NCBI GenBank assembly: GCA_965199955.1
Contig: CBDATQ010000002.1
Span: 1,344,001-1,408,000 of the forward strand
DNA from: Spirochaetia bacterium
GTDB taxonomy: Bacteria > Spirochaetota > Spirochaetia > SZUA-6 > Bin103
Length of the DNA: 64,000 nucleotides
Direction: 5' to 3'
In this document: piece after piece, positions 40,039 through 50,728 of the stretch
Layout of the letters: every line of letters begins with the position of its first letter
Position numbering within the stretch: the first letter of the stretch is position 1
Notes under the pieces: generated by a model
The model's database searches: none
What the model was told of the DNA's origin: nothing
What the model saw: only the letters and a program-made list of their open reading frames with translations
Made by a program: the position numbers and the translations under genes

Positions 40039-40821
40039 ATGATGGTGGAAGGGGACTTGCCGGCGCGCTTGGCGGACCTGGAGCGGGACGGCTTCCTGCT
40101 GGTGCCGGGCGCGCTCGATGACGAAGCCGTGGCGTGGTGGAAGGACACGCTCTACGACCTGCACCGCCGCGGCCTGAACGAGATCGACAACTCGGTCGGC
40201 AACGTGGCGTTCGAGAGCCTGCTGAAGCTGGCGCCCGAGCGCTCGCGGCTGCTGGTCGGCCACCCGAGCGTGGCACCGTACCTCCGGGCCATCCTCGGCA
40301 AGCAGTGCCAGCTCCGCTCGCTGCGCGCGCACATGAACCCGCGCGCCTACCTGCAGGAGTGGCACATGGACTTCACCGACTACCAGTACCAGGAGCGCCG
40401 GTCCGAGGCGGGGCGGCCGCTGCGCGCGTTATGCATGAACACCACCTTCTATCTCACCGACAACACGCCGGAGCGCGGGCGGCTGACGTTCCTCACCGGC
40501 TACGTCGACCGCCGGCTCCCCGACGACATCCTGCCGCACGTCCGCTACACCGAGGATCGCGGCAACCGCTTCCAGAAGTGGTGCGACGAACAGCCGCAGG
40601 AGCACCTCTACCCGATGGCGGGCGACGCGGTGGTGTTCTTCAGCCACATACCGCACCAGGGCGCCAAGTTCGGGGACGACCCGGAGGACGACATCCGCGC
40701 CAACCTGGTCCTGCACTACCACCAGAACCCGATGCATCCCGAAGTCCGTTTCGTCAGCACCCCGGACCTGACGCTGGACGCGCTCGGCTACGCAGGCACC
40801 TTCCCGTTCGCGAAATCCTAA
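40039..40821 (+). CDS. PhyH family dioxygenase
   Basis: [30 protein letters not shown]. Confidence 0.82.
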   Translation: MMVEGDLPARLADLERDGFLLVPGALDDEAVAWWKDTLYDLHRRGLNEIDNSVGNVAFESLLKLAPERSRLLVGHPSVAPYLRAILGKQCQLRSLRAHMNPRAYLQEWHMDFTDYQYQERRSEAGRPLRALCMNTTFYLTDNTPERGRLTFLTGYVDRRLPDDILPHVRYTEDRGNRFQKWCDEQPQEHLYPMAGDAVVFFSHIPHQGAKFGDDPEDDIRANLVLHYHQNPMHPEVRFVSTPDLTLDALGYAGTFPFAKS

Positions 40822-41530
40822 CCGCCCGGGGGTCGGATGCCGCGCAGGGAGACCTCGTCGTCGACGAGGTGGCATGCCGCGTCGTGTCGCCGATCATCGG
40901 CCAGCGCGACCAGGGAAGGTTTCTCCGTCTGGCAGCGGACCCGAGCGTAGATGCACCGTGGATGAAACGGACATCCCTCCGGCACGTCCGTCGGGTCCGG
41001 AACATCTCCCGGGAGGAGAATCCGCTCCGCCTTGACGTTCGGATTCGGGCGGGTCACGGCGGACAGAAGCGCCTCGGTGTACGGCATGCGAGGGCGGCGA
41101 AACAGCTCGCCGGTTGCGCAGATCTCCACGATCGAGCCCAGGTACATCACCGCTACCCGATCGCTCACGTGCTTGATCACCGCGAGATCGTGGGAGATGA
41201 GGATCAGCGACAGGGAGAACCGGTCCTGAAGATCCTTGAGCAGATTGAGGACCTGAGCCTGAACCGACACGTCGAGAGCCGACGTGGGCTCGTCTGCGAT
41301 CACCAGCTTCGGGCCGAGTGTCAGCGCCCGCGCGATGCCGATGTTGCGGATCAAGACTGACCGCCCCCATGAGCTCGACCACCGGTCGTCGAGATCACGG
41401 CCCCGTGCCAGCCCGTTCACGAGCAGCGGCTCGCCGATGATGTCCCGTATGGTCATCCGCGGGTTGACACCCCGTCGACCGCCTTCACGTATCCGGCCAC
41501 CCGCTTGAATACGCCCGTGCGGAGGAAGTA
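40818..41530 (-). pseudogene. Oligopeptide/dipeptide ABC ATPase (DppF/OppF-like) remnant
   Basis: VKAVDGVS / [14 protein letters not shown] / [33 protein letters not shown]; Walker A missing. Confidence 0.8.
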
Positions 41531-41539
41531 GTGCGTCGC

Positions 41540-41928
41540 TACGCCGATGAAGCCGATGGAGAGAGAGAGGCGGGATGCGTAGATCATCCGCGACAGCAGA
41601 TCTCTCCCTTGGCGGTCGCTCCCCAACAGGAAGAACGGCTCGTCGGGGTCTCGCACGCCGACGAGGTGGACGCTGGCGGGAATGAGTCCCCACAGCTTGT
41701 AGGGATGGCTGCGAACCAGGACCGCACCGGCACCTTCGTCTCCGTATCGGGCACGTGCGTGCGCAGAAACGTCTTCTGGTCGATGACCGGGGTGAGCCCA
41801 TAGACGAACGGGCGCAGGCTGAATCCCCCTTCCGCGTCGACGAAGCGAACCCTGACGGGCGGGGCAAGGATGTGCTCGGTAAGGCGGTGATAGGGATCGG
41901 ACGGTGCGACGAACTCTGCGAAGACCAC
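41540..41928 (-). pseudogene. Peptide ABC permease (DppC-like) remnant
   Basis: [17 protein letters not shown] and [27 protein letters not shown] fragments. Confidence 0.7.
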
Positions 41929-41929
41929 G

Positions 41930-42130
41930 CGCGATGCGATCGCGATCGGCCGTGAGCTCGAACAGTACGGAATCCTCTTCTACGAGGAGCCGGTGTCACC
42001 GGAGAACATCGAGGGCCTGGCTCGCATCGCCCGGGAGGTGAACATCCCGCTCGCCTCGGGGGAACGGGTCGCCAACATCCACAACATGCGCGAGCTGATC
42101 GAACGCGAGATCATCGACTACCAGCCATCG
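41930..42130 (+). pseudogene. Enolase-superfamily (mandelate racemase) internal fragment
   Basis: [36 protein letters not shown]. Confidence 0.7.
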
Positions 42131-42262
42131 CGACGAACGTCCTGGCCGGCCGGTCGTGCGGAAAGTAGCCCGTAGACCTCGTTCACGATCCTGTAGTAGG
42201 CGGCGTTGGTGACGAAGACCTGGCACTTCACCACGCGGTCGAGTGAGGACCCCGCGTGCTCC
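42120..42262 (-). pseudogene. RidA family fragment
   Basis: AGSSLDRVVKCQVFV..VNEVY..PARTFV. Confidence 0.65.
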
Positions 42263-42384
42263 GGCGTTATGACGCGATTCAGGGTCGCCGTGGGAGCCAC
42301 AAAGCTCAAGAGCCACCGGCCCAACCACCGGGACGGCCTCTGATCGAGGCCGACCGTAGCCTGCATCCGGGGTAGGGTCCTGCC

Positions 42385-42462
42385 ATGAAGCAGGTGGGAG
42401 TCGACGGCGTGGGCGACATGGGGATCGGCTTCGGGTACGGTACCGGTCACGAGCATCCGTGA
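42385..42462 (+). pseudogene. N-terminal remnant of an NAD(P)-dependent dehydrogenase
   Basis: MKQVGVDGVGDMGIG (Rossmann-like GxGxMG) followed by an early stop. Confidence 0.4.
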
Positions 42463-42782
42463 TGTCCGCCTCCTCGACACCCTCGCCATCCGATCCGGGC
42501 TCCCGCTCCCGGCTCCGTCAGCGGCTGCTGTATCTGCACGCCGTCAACCCGAGCATCTACGCCGACCTGGTGGCCGCCGCCATCCACGAGCCGGTCGCCG
42601 GAGCGGTCACCGAGATCGATCCGCAGGCTCCCGAGCTGCCGTACCGCACCGTCCACGACGCCATCGTGGACGGCTGGCGGGTCGTTCACTTTCCGCAGCA
42701 GCGGGCGCCGTTCGACGATCGCGAGATCGATGTGCTGGGGCAGGAGTTCATCCTCGAGAAACTGGAGGAGTTCGATGACTGA
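42459..42782 (+). CDS. Hypothetical protein
   Basis: 107-aa ORF (LRQRLLYLHA..PYRTVHDAIVDGWRVVHFP..EFILEKLE) overlapping the next gene. Confidence 0.7.
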   Translation: MMSASSTPSPSDPGSRSRLRQRLLYLHAVNPSIYADLVAAAIHEPVAGAVTEIDPQAPELPYRTVHDAIVDGWRVVHFPQQRAPFDDREIDVLGQEFILEKLEEFDD

Positions 42783-43572
42783 TCTGCGTACGCAGCCGCC
42801 GCGGCTGCTCTCGGACGACGAGGTGCTTCACTTCGTCACCCACGGCTATCACCTGCTGCACCCGGAGTACCCGGCGGGCCTCAACGAGGCGATCGCCGAG
42901 CAGTGCGGGCAGGTGGACGACGGGGGCAACGGAGTGCTCGCGTCGGTCCCGCTGCTGCACCAAGTCTACGACCATCCGGAGGTGCGCGGCGCGTTGATCA
43001 GCCTCCTGGGCGGAGACTACGTGATGAACGGCCATCGCCACCTGCACGTGAACGCGCCGGGTTCACGCAGTCAGAGCTGGCATCAGGACGGCACCAACGT
43101 GCGCCATCACCAGATCTGGTGCGTGCTGGCGATGTACTACCCGCACGAGGTGCCGCTCGAGCAGGGACCGACCATGATCATGCCAGGCACCCACTTCCGC
43201 AACGCCCCCACCGAGCGGATGGCGACCTACGCCAACATCAAGGACCAGGTGGCCCTGGCGGTCCCGGCGGGGGCCGTGGCCATCACCCATTACGACCTGT
43301 GGCACGCCGCCAGCCGCAACCTGACCGACCGCTATCGCTACATGTTCAAGTTCCTGTTCGACCGTCACACCGCTCCGACGGAGCCGACCTGGAACCACGA
43401 TCCGGAGACGGTCGCGGAAGTCGCTCACGGCCGCATCCGAGCGCGCGTCGGTCCGGTCGACCACTCCTCCGACCACTACAAGGAGTGGGAGTTGCGCAGC
43501 GAGATGTGGCAGTGGATGCTCGGCCGGCCTGCGCCGGTGCCGGCGGGTGCCTTCAAGGACATGCTCGGGTAG
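42775..43572 (+). CDS. PhyH family dioxygenase
   Basis: FVTHGY, SWHQDG, GPTMIMPGTH, YDLWHAA. Confidence 0.85.
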   Translation: MTDLRTQPPRLLSDDEVLHFVTHGYHLLHPEYPAGLNEAIAEQCGQVDDGGNGVLASVPLLHQVYDHPEVRGALISLLGGDYVMNGHRHLHVNAPGSRSQSWHQDGTNVRHHQIWCVLAMYYPHEVPLEQGPTMIMPGTHFRNAPTERMATYANIKDQVALAVPAGAVAITHYDLWHAASRNLTDRYRYMFKFLFDRHTAPTEPTWNHDPETVAEVAHGRIRARVGPVDHSSDHYKEWELRSEMWQWMLGRPAPVPAGAFKDMLG

Positions 43573-43581
43573 GACGACCCG

Positions 43582-43974
43582 TCATCCGGATCCCCAGATC
43601 ACACTGACATCCGGATACTGGCTGATCTGACGGTCCGGGGTGAGGATCGATACCACGGTGATGAGGGATGTCGCGATGATGATGCGGTCCGCGGGGTCCT
43701 TGTGCAGTAGCGGCAGCGACGTCGAGCGCTCGGCGATGCGCCAGCCGACCGGTATCTCCTGGACCCGATGGTGCTCCAGCGCCCGGGCGATCCAGTCAGC
43801 CGGAGGGAGCGGCAGGTCCAGGGCACCGCGCCGATGCTTGATGCCGATCTCGAAGGCCGTGATCGCCGAGATGAACAGATGGCCGGCGTTGTCGACGATC
43901 GTCCGGCGTACGCTGGCGGGCAGCTTCCGTGGCGTGGAGGCAAGCCAGAGCAGGGTACAGGTGTCGAGCAGCAC
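43582..43974 (-). CDS. vapC: VapC PIN-domain toxin
   Basis: LLDTCTLLW, ISAITAFEI, HKDPADRIIIAT, LTPD. Confidence 0.88.
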   Translation of the reverse strand: MLLDTCTLLWLASTPRKLPASVRRTIVDNAGHLFISAITAFEIGIKHRRGALDLPLPPADWIARALEHHRVQEIPVGWRIAERSTSLPLLHKDPADRIIIATSLITVVSILTPDRQISQYPDVSVIWGSG

Positions 43975-43976
43975 CG

Positions 43977-44210
43977 CTACGAGTCCGGCCAGTCCTCTTC
44001 CGCCAGCGGCGCGACGGGATCTTCGTGGAAGACGACTCCCGCAAGGAGCGGGTCCGGTTGCAAGGGGTCGCTCTCGGTCGAAGTGATGGGGCCGATCTCG
44101 GCTACCGGCTTGCCGTTGCGGCACACCCTGATGCGCTCACTGCGCTCCTCCACTAGGCGCAGCAACTCGGAGAGCCTCGTCTTCGCCTCATGCGTGTTCA
44201 CGACCAACAT
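43977..44210 (-). CDS. Phd/YefM family antitoxin
   Basis: VNTHEAKTRLSELL..VCRNGKPVAEI. Confidence 0.9.
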   Translation of the reverse strand: MLVVNTHEAKTRLSELLRLVEERSERIRVCRNGKPVAEIGPITSTESDPLQPDPLLAGVVFHEDPVAPLAEEDWPDS

Positions 44211-44307
44211 GAACTTAGTTTGGTTTAGTTCAATAAAGGGGTCAAGCGCCGCGGTAGTGCCGCCGGTCAGTCCGCGCGGGGACGTCCGGATGCGTTACAT
44301 TTGCTCC

Positions 44308-45549
44308 GTGGCAGACAATCTGGAGCGGTATGCCGACCTGGCGATCGGGGTCGGACTGAATCTGCAGCCCGGACAGCGGCTGGTCATCCGCGCGCCGATC
44401 GAGGCGGTCGAGTTGACCCGGGCGCTCGCGGCACGGGCGTACGATGCCGGCTGCCCGTACGTGGACGTCTCTTACGACGACGGCGAGCTGGACCTGGTGC
44501 GCTTCCAGCGTGCGCCGGCCGACTCCTTCGAGGAGTTCCCCGCCTGGCGCGCGCGCGGCATGCTGGAGCGCGCCGAGCAGGGCGCCGCGTTTCTCACCGT
44601 CGCCGGCGGCAACCCCGACCTGCTGAAGGATCAGGACCCGGAGCGCGTGGCGACCGCCATGCGCGTCGCATCCGAGCACATGCTGCCGTTCAGGCGCGAC
44701 TACATCAGCACCATGCGGGTGAGCTGGTGCGTGATCGCGGCCGGGGTTGCCTCGTGGGCAGCCCGGGTTTTCCCGGAAGCGCCGGCCCACGAGCAGGTCG
44801 ATCGCCTGTGGGACGCGATCTTCCACGCGTGCCGCGTAGATCAGCCGGACCCGCGGAAGGAGTGGCGGCGTCACATCGACGCGCTGGAGGCGCGGCGCGA
44901 GCACCTGAACGCGCGGGCCTACACCGCGCTCCACTACGCCGCGCCCGGCACCGACCTCACCGTCGGCCTGCCCGACGGCCACGTCTGGAAGGGCTCCGTC
45001 GACCGCAACGCGCAGGGAACGCCGTTCGTACCCAACATCCCCACCGAGGAGGTGTTCACGATGCCGCACAGCCGGCGCGTGGACGGCACCGTTTCCGCGA
45101 CCAAGCCGCTGAATTACGGCGGGCGGCTGATCGAGAACTTCAGCCTGACCTTCGAGCAGGGCAGGGTGGTCGGCGTCCGGGCGGAGTCGGGAGCCGAGGT
45201 CGTGGAGAAGCTGATCGCCACGGACGAGGGCGCCGCCCGGCTGGGCGAGGTCGCCCTGGTTCCGCACCGCTCACCCATATCCAGACTCGGCCGGCTGTTC
45301 TACCACACGCTGTTCGACGAGAACGCCTCCAGCCACGTCGCCCTCGGCCAGGCGTATGCGGTCTGCCTGAGCGGCGGGGAGGCGATGTCGGAGCAGCAGC
45401 TCGCGGACGCGGGCGCCAACGCCAGCGCCACGCACGTGGACTTCATGATCGGCTCGGACCGCATGGACATCGACGGCGTGCTCGCTGACGGCTCCACCGA
45501 GCCGGTGATGCGTGGCGGCGAGTGGGCGATCCCCGGCCCTCCGCCGTAG
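44308..45549 (+). CDS. Aminopeptidase, family M29 (AmpS/PepS)
   Basis: [45 protein letters not shown]. Confidence 0.93.
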   Translation: MADNLERYADLAIGVGLNLQPGQRLVIRAPIEAVELTRALAARAYDAGCPYVDVSYDDGELDLVRFQRAPADSFEEFPAWRARGMLERAEQGAAFLTVAGGNPDLLKDQDPERVATAMRVASEHMLPFRRDYISTMRVSWCVIAAGVASWAARVFPEAPAHEQVDRLWDAIFHACRVDQPDPRKEWRRHIDALEARREHLNARAYTALHYAAPGTDLTVGLPDGHVWKGSVDRNAQGTPFVPNIPTEEVFTMPHSRRVDGTVSATKPLNYGGRLIENFSLTFEQGRVVGVRAESGAEVVEKLIATDEGAARLGEVALVPHRSPISRLGRLFYHTLFDENASSHVALGQAYAVCLSGGEAMSEQQLADAGANASATHVDFMIGSDRMDIDGVLADGSTEPVMRGGEWAIPGPPP

Positions 45550-45591
45550 AAGGGCGGCGGCACGCAGCCGATCCTCACCTGCCGCGGAGCA

Positions 45592-45701
45592 CGTAGTCGG
45601 TCCAGGTTGGGCGTGTAGATGTGGCGGTTGCCGAGCGCGGCGATCGTGTCGAACCGCTGCTGGTCGGTCATCACGAAGAGGACGTTCGGACGGTCTTTCA
45701 T
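45592..45701 (-). pseudogene. Sulfatase N-terminal remnant
   Basis: [36 protein letters not shown], then homology stops. Confidence 0.75.
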
Positions 45702-45801
45702 CGTGTTCGGTGCCTCCGCTTGGTGGTCAGCGCGGGGCGCGCTCCGGACGGCTGATGGTATCGATTGACGCCCGCAGGGGTGCGCGACAAGCTCGCGTTG
45801 C

Positions 45802-47295
45802 GTGAACCCGAAACGCCCCAACATCCTGCTCATCATGAGCGACCAGCAGCGCTGGGACACGCTCGGAAGCTACGGCTGCCGTGCCATTCCCACGCCGGCC
45901 CTGGATTCGCTGGCGGCGGGCGGGGTGACGTTCGAGCGCTGCTACGTGAACGCTACCATCTGCACGCCGAGCCGCGCGTGCATGCTGACCGGCAAGCCGC
46001 TGCCCGGGCACGGCGTGTACCGGCTGCACGACACGCTGCCCGACGACCAGGTGCTGCTGCCGGCGCACTTGGCGCGCCTCGGCTACCAGACCGCGCTGGT
46101 GGGCAAGCTGCACGTCTCCGGGCACACGGTGGAGTCGGCGCGCCGCCACCCGCACGACGGCTTCGAGCGCTACGAGTGGTGCAACGACCCGCGGCTCCAT
46201 CTGGACTCGCCGTTCAACGCCTATGCCGCGTGGCTGCGCGAGCACCATCCGGGGTTTCTGCGCCCGCTCGAGTCAGGGCCGCAGGACCACCATCCGGCGG
46301 AGGCACGCTTCAGCACCTGGGCCGCCGAGAGCGCCATCGCCTTTCTTTCCGAGCGCGACCCGGCGCGGCCCTTCTTTCTCAACGTGAGCTTCTTCGATCC
46401 GCATTCCCCGTACTTCGACTTTCCGGCCGAGGCGGGCTGCCTGGTGGACCGCTCGGCGATCGATGCGGTGCGCCCGCTGACCACGGCGCACGAGCCGGTC
46501 CCGAGCGCGGTGGAGCGCGAGCGGGAGGGGTTCCGGCGCCGCTACGGCGGGCAATCGGGCGGTCGCGACCTGGCCGACGTGCGGCACGGCTACCTCGCAT
46601 CGGTCGCCTTCCTCGACCGGCAGGTGGGGCGCATCCTCGCCGAGCTGGAGCGGCGCGGTCCCTCGGACGACACCCTGGTGCTGTTCGTGTCCGACCACGG
46701 CGACATGCTCGGGGACCACGAGCTCATCACCAAGGGCGCCTACTTCTACGACCCGTGCACGCGCGTACCGATGATCCTGCGCCTGCCGGAGGGCGGGCGG
46801 GCCGGCACGCGGGTGAGCGAGCTGGTGCAGCCGCACGACTTGGCCGCCACGTTGCTGCACGCCGCCGGAATGCCGGCTGCCGAGACCGCCGCGCTGATGC
46901 CCGAATCGCAGGACCTGGCGGCGTTGGCGCGCGGCGAGGTGGCCTCACCCCGCGACTATGCGCTGACGATGTACCGCAACTCCGGCTACGGCAATTCCGA
47001 CGACGGCAACCGCGGCTACTGGGACCCGCCGATCTGCGGCACCATGTTCCACGACGGCCGCTACAAGCTGTCGCTGTTCCACGATCCCGAGGCGCGCTCC
47101 GAGCCTGCGGGCGAGCTGTACGACACGGCGGCCGATCCGACCGAAACCACCAATCTCTGGGCCGACCGAGGCCACGTCACGCGCCGCGACAGCCTGATCG
47201 CCCGGCTGCACTCGACCCTGGTGGCAAGCGAGGTGCGGCACGTGGCCGGCCGCGGCGGCACGAGCTGGCCATACGGGAGGAGCCGGGCCGGCTGA
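45802..47295 (+). CDS. Sulfatase
   Basis: [37 protein letters not shown]. Confidence 0.93.
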   Translation: MNPKRPNILLIMSDQQRWDTLGSYGCRAIPTPALDSLAAGGVTFERCYVNATICTPSRACMLTGKPLPGHGVYRLHDTLPDDQVLLPAHLARLGYQTALVGKLHVSGHTVESARRHPHDGFERYEWCNDPRLHLDSPFNAYAAWLREHHPGFLRPLESGPQDHHPAEARFSTWAAESAIAFLSERDPARPFFLNVSFFDPHSPYFDFPAEAGCLVDRSAIDAVRPLTTAHEPVPSAVEREREGFRRRYGGQSGGRDLADVRHGYLASVAFLDRQVGRILAELERRGPSDDTLVLFVSDHGDMLGDHELITKGAYFYDPCTRVPMILRLPEGGRAGTRVSELVQPHDLAATLLHAAGMPAAETAALMPESQDLAALARGEVASPRDYALTMYRNSGYGNSDDGNRGYWDPPICGTMFHDGRYKLSLFHDPEARSEPAGELYDTAADPTETTNLWADRGHVTRRDSLIARLHSTLVASEVRHVAGRGGTSWPYGRSRAG

Positions 47296-47319
47296 CCGGC
47301 GTGCTCTCCGCTGGGCAGG

Positions 47320-48657
47320 TCAGTCCGTGCGCGCTGGCGCCGGCGGCGGCTTGTCGACGGCCAGGTGAGCGCCGCGGCGCTCCACCTCCCGCCGCACCTC
47401 CAGGGGATCGAGGCCGGCGGCGTCGCCACCGCGCTCAGCGGCCATCGCCGCGCCGATGCCGACCGCCTGGCCCATCATGGAGCAGGTGGTGGTGACGCGC
47501 GCGGAGGACAGGGCGAGCTGGTCGGCCGACATGCAGCGGCCGGCCATCAGCAGGTTGCGGCCGTCGCGCGGGACCAGGCAGCGGAAGGGGATCTGGTAGG
47601 GAGGCACGTACAGATCGTCCTTGGGAAGGATGTAGGTGCGCTTGTCGTCGTCCGGCTTGTGGCCGTCGAGATAGAACACGCCGCGCGCCACCGCGTCGTC
47701 GAACTCGCGCCCGGCGCGCAGATCGTCGACACGCAACTGGTAGCGGCCGACGATCCGGTACCCCTCGCGGATGCCGATGATCGGCGAGCAGTGATCGAAG
47801 CGCCAGTCCTTGCGCTCGACCGCCTGGAAGTAGGACAGCACCTCCAGCATCCGGCGGCGCGCCGCGATCTCGGCGGCGGTCATGCTCTCGGTGTCGGTGG
47901 AGTCGAACATCGGCACCTTGACCTTGATCGCCCGGCCGCGCGGGCCGTTGGGCCAGTTGGGGCTGGTCATCGGCAGGTCGTCGCGCTCGCGGATCGGCTG
48001 GAACCAGCCCTCGGGGAGCTGGTCGGCGACCGGCTCGCCCATCTCGCGCACGAAGAACATCAGGCTCATGGGGAGCTGGAGCTGGTCCTCGGCGCGCCCC
48101 TTCTCGACCGCGTAGCCGGCGGCCTTGGCCACCAGTCCGTCGCCGGTGCAGTCGATGAAGTGGTTGGCGCGCAGCGCCTCCGGCCCGGAGGGTCCGGCCA
48201 CGATCGCCTCGGCCAGCCGGCCGTCGCGCTCGATCACGTCGACGAAGCGGGTGTGCAGCAGCAGCTTGACCCCGCGCTCCAGCAGCACCTCCTGCAGGAT
48301 CACCGCCAGGATCTCGTGATCCAGGACCCGCGACTGGCAGCCGCCGTAGGCGAACGGCTGGTAGGGGACGATGGCGTCGAACCGCTCCAGGTGGCGCAGG
48401 ATCTCGTCGAACACCTCGCCCTGGCCGGCGGTCTCCCCGCAGAAGTTGGCGACCCCGCCGACCGTCATGTTGCCGCCGGTCACGCCGAAGCGCTCCACCA
48501 GCACCACCGACGCGCCGCTGCGCGCAGCGGCCGCCGCCGCGCTCACCCCGGCGATGCCACCGCCGATCACCGCGACGTCGGCCTGGTAGCGCACCGGCAC
48601 GCTGCGGCTCCACGTCACCGGTTGCGGCGACGGACTGCGATCGACGAGCGACTTCAA
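47320..48657 (-). CDS. FAD-dependent oxidoreductase (FAD_oxidored family)
   Basis: VIGGGIAG, IDCTGDG, GIREG, YQIPFRCL, AGRCMS, MGQAVG. Confidence 0.9.
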   Translation of the reverse strand: MKSLVDRSPSPQPVTWSRSVPVRYQADVAVIGGGIAGVSAAAAAARSGASVVLVERFGVTGGNMTVGGVANFCGETAGQGEVFDEILRHLERFDAIVPYQPFAYGGCQSRVLDHEILAVILQEVLLERGVKLLLHTRFVDVIERDGRLAEAIVAGPSGPEALRANHFIDCTGDGLVAKAAGYAVEKGRAEDQLQLPMSLMFFVREMGEPVADQLPEGWFQPIRERDDLPMTSPNWPNGPRGRAIKVKVPMFDSTDTESMTAAEIAARRRMLEVLSYFQAVERKDWRFDHCSPIIGIREGYRIVGRYQLRVDDLRAGREFDDAVARGVFYLDGHKPDDDKRTYILPKDDLYVPPYQIPFRCLVPRDGRNLLMAGRCMSADQLALSSARVTTTCSMMGQAVGIGAAMAAERGGDAAGLDPLEVRREVERRGAHLAVDKPPPAPARTD

Positions 48658-48785
48658 CGCGCGGGCACCGAGACGAATCGGTGCTCTCGATCAGCCGTCA
48701 TGCCGTCAGCGTAGCACCGCAAGGCCGAGCACGGAAGGAGGACGGATAGCCCTCCATTCTGGTCCATGATAATCCGGATTCCAAC

Positions 48786-49163
48786 TACGACGTCGGCGTG
48801 GCTGCGCGGCTGCTCGGCATCGAGTCCGCGCAGCAGATGAGAACCCACCCGGCGCGCGGCGCACTGTTCGAGAACTAGGTGATCACCGAGTACCTGAAGC
48901 GGCGCTGGAACGCCGGCAGCCAGCCGAATCTGTTCTTCTGGCGCAGCCATGGCGGCCTTGAGGTCGATCTGGTGCTGGAGCAGGGGCGGGTCCTGGCCCC
49001 GGTCGAGATCAAGTCCGGCGCCACGGTGTCACCGGACTGGCTGCGGCGGGTGCGCCGTTGGCGGGAGTTGGCGGGCGCCGCCGCCGGCCGCCCGGTCATC
49101 GTGTATGGCGGCGATCAGCCACAGCAGCGCAGCGACGCCGACATCGTTCCCTGGCGCCGGTAG
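48786..49163 (+). pseudogene. DUF4143/AAA ATPase C-terminal remnant
   Basis: YDVGVAARLLGI..GALFEN*VITE..FFWR..EVDLVLE..PVEIKSG; in-frame TAG, no ATPase domain. Confidence 0.75.
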
Positions 49164-49225
49164 GCGCAGTCGCCGGAAGCCGATTAGGCGGCTCCTGGTC
49201 CCCGACCGGTCCGATCGCGGCGTCG

Positions 49226-50728
49226 CTACGTTCTGTCCGCCACTTCGCGGCACCTGGGAGCGAGGGAGCGCAGGCGGGACAGAACGGACGGATCGGATCC
49301 GGGTGAGAGGTTGAACGTCTCGGCTGGGTCGGTGCGGTGGTCGTAGAGCTCCTCGGCCTGCACTTGACCGGTCGCATCGAGCCAGCGGGTGTAGCGTTGG
49401 TCGGCGGTACGCGTGGAATAGGCGGTCAGCCCGTCGCGGCGCGCCCGCGCGAACACCGCCGGTTTTCCCGGCGCCGAAGGGTCGTCGAGGAGTGGCAGCA
49501 GGCTGCTTCCTTCCGCCCACTCGGGGACCGGGATGCCGGCAAGCTGCAGCAGGGTGGGCATCAGGTCGACGTGCTCGGTCAGGCCCGTGACCCGTTGGCC
49601 GGCCGTGCTGCCCGGAACACGGAGCAGCAATGGCACCTGCAGATCCGGTTCCCACGTCACTCCCTTGCCCCAGTGGCGGTGCTCGCCGAGGGCGAAGCCG
49701 TGGTCGGTGGTGAAGGCCACCACCGTGTCCCGCGCCATCCCGGTCTCGTCGAGGGCGGCCAGGATGCGGCCGATCTGGGCGTCGACGTAACTGACGGCGG
49801 CGTAGTGGCCGCGGCGCAGCTCTTCGGCCTGGGCCGCCGTGGGCTGCCAGGCCGCGCGGGCGCCCGGCAGGTGGTCGGTCTGCTCGTAGTACTGGAACGG
49901 TTCGTTGCCGGCGCGCGCCAGCTCGGGCGCCAGCGGCGCGGGGCGTGGCGTGTCGTATCCCGCTTCGGCGCCGAAGTCGGTGCCGTCGTGCAGCCGCCAG
50001 TAGCGCTCCGGCGCCAGCCACGGCAGGTGGGTGTTGCAGAATCCGACGCCCAGGAGCAGGGGCGCGGCCTCTGGGTCCGCGGCGTGGGCGCGCAGCACCC
50101 GGATCGCTTCGGCGGCGACCTCGCCCGCGTAGTAGGCGCCGTCGGCCACCGGTGCGCGCTCGACCGGGCCGCCGCGCCAGCGCTTGAACTGGGTGGCGGC
50201 ATCCGGCTCGGCGGCCAGCAGGGCCCGGAAGCGCTCCTCCATCAGGGCGCGATTTTCCGGCGAGTGGTAGCGCCGCGCCCGTTCGCGGCAGTCGAAGTCG
50301 TCCGGACACCACGCGGGCGCCTCGCCGGTGGTTGCATGCCACTGCGGATCGCTCCAGCTCGGCGGATCGGCGTCGTACTCGTGCATGACCTTGTGCAGGC
50401 TCACGGTTCGGTAACCGCCGGCGCGCAGCAGCTCCGGGATGGTGCGGATCCAGGGCAGCCGGCGGCGCATGCCGGCGTAGAATTCCGTGCCGTCGTTCTC
50501 TTGGCGCTGCACGGTGTCGGGCCGGCAGCCGGTCATCAGGCAGGTGCGCGCCGGCGCGCACAGCGGGAACTGGCAGAAGGCGTTCTCGAACAGGGTGCCG
50601 CCGGCGGCCAGCGCGTCGAGGTGCGGCGTGACGGCGCGCGGGTCGCCGTAGCAGCCGAAGCGCAGCGAGATGTCGTGCGCGATCAGGAACAGGACGTTGA
50701 GCCGTCCGGCCACCGGACGGCCCGTCAC
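49226..50728 (-). CDS. Sulfatase (iduronate-2-sulfatase-like)
   Basis: LNVLFLIAHD, CAPAR, THLPW, YVDAQIG, TDHGFALGEH; GTGA overlap with the upstream gene. Confidence 0.9.
   Translation of the reverse strand: MTGRPVAGRLNVLFLIAHDISLRFGCYGDPRAVTPHLDALAAGGTLFENAFCQFPLCAPARTCLMTGCRPDTVQRQENDGTEFYAGMRRRLPWIRTIPELLRAGGYRTVSLHKVMHEYDADPPSWSDPQWHATTGEAPAWCPDDFDCRERARRYHSPENRALMEERFRALLAAEPDAATQFKRWRGGPVERAPVADGAYYAGEVAAEAIRVLRAHAADPEAAPLLLGVGFCNTHLPWLAPERYWRLHDGTDFGAEAGYDTPRPAPLAPELARAGNEPFQYYEQTDHLPGARAAWQPTAAQAEELRRGHYAAVSYVDAQIGRILAALDETGMARDTVVAFTTDHGFALGEHRHWGKGVTWEPDLQVPLLLRVPGSTAGQRVTGLTEHVDLMPTLLQLAGIPVPEWAEGSSLLPLLDDPSAPGKPAVFARARRDGLTAYSTRTADQRYTRWLDATGQVQAEELYDHRTDPAETFNLSPGSDPSVLSRLRSLAPRCREVADRT

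Noticed and set aside
48873..48881. In-frame TAG as possible stop-codon recoding
   Set aside because: It lies in a gene remnant, and intact genes in the window terminate normally at TAG
49209..49297. Inverted repeat CGTTCTGTCC/GGACAGAACG at the sulfatase 3' end
   Set aside because: Single occurrence overlapping a plausible coding end; not enough to call an element
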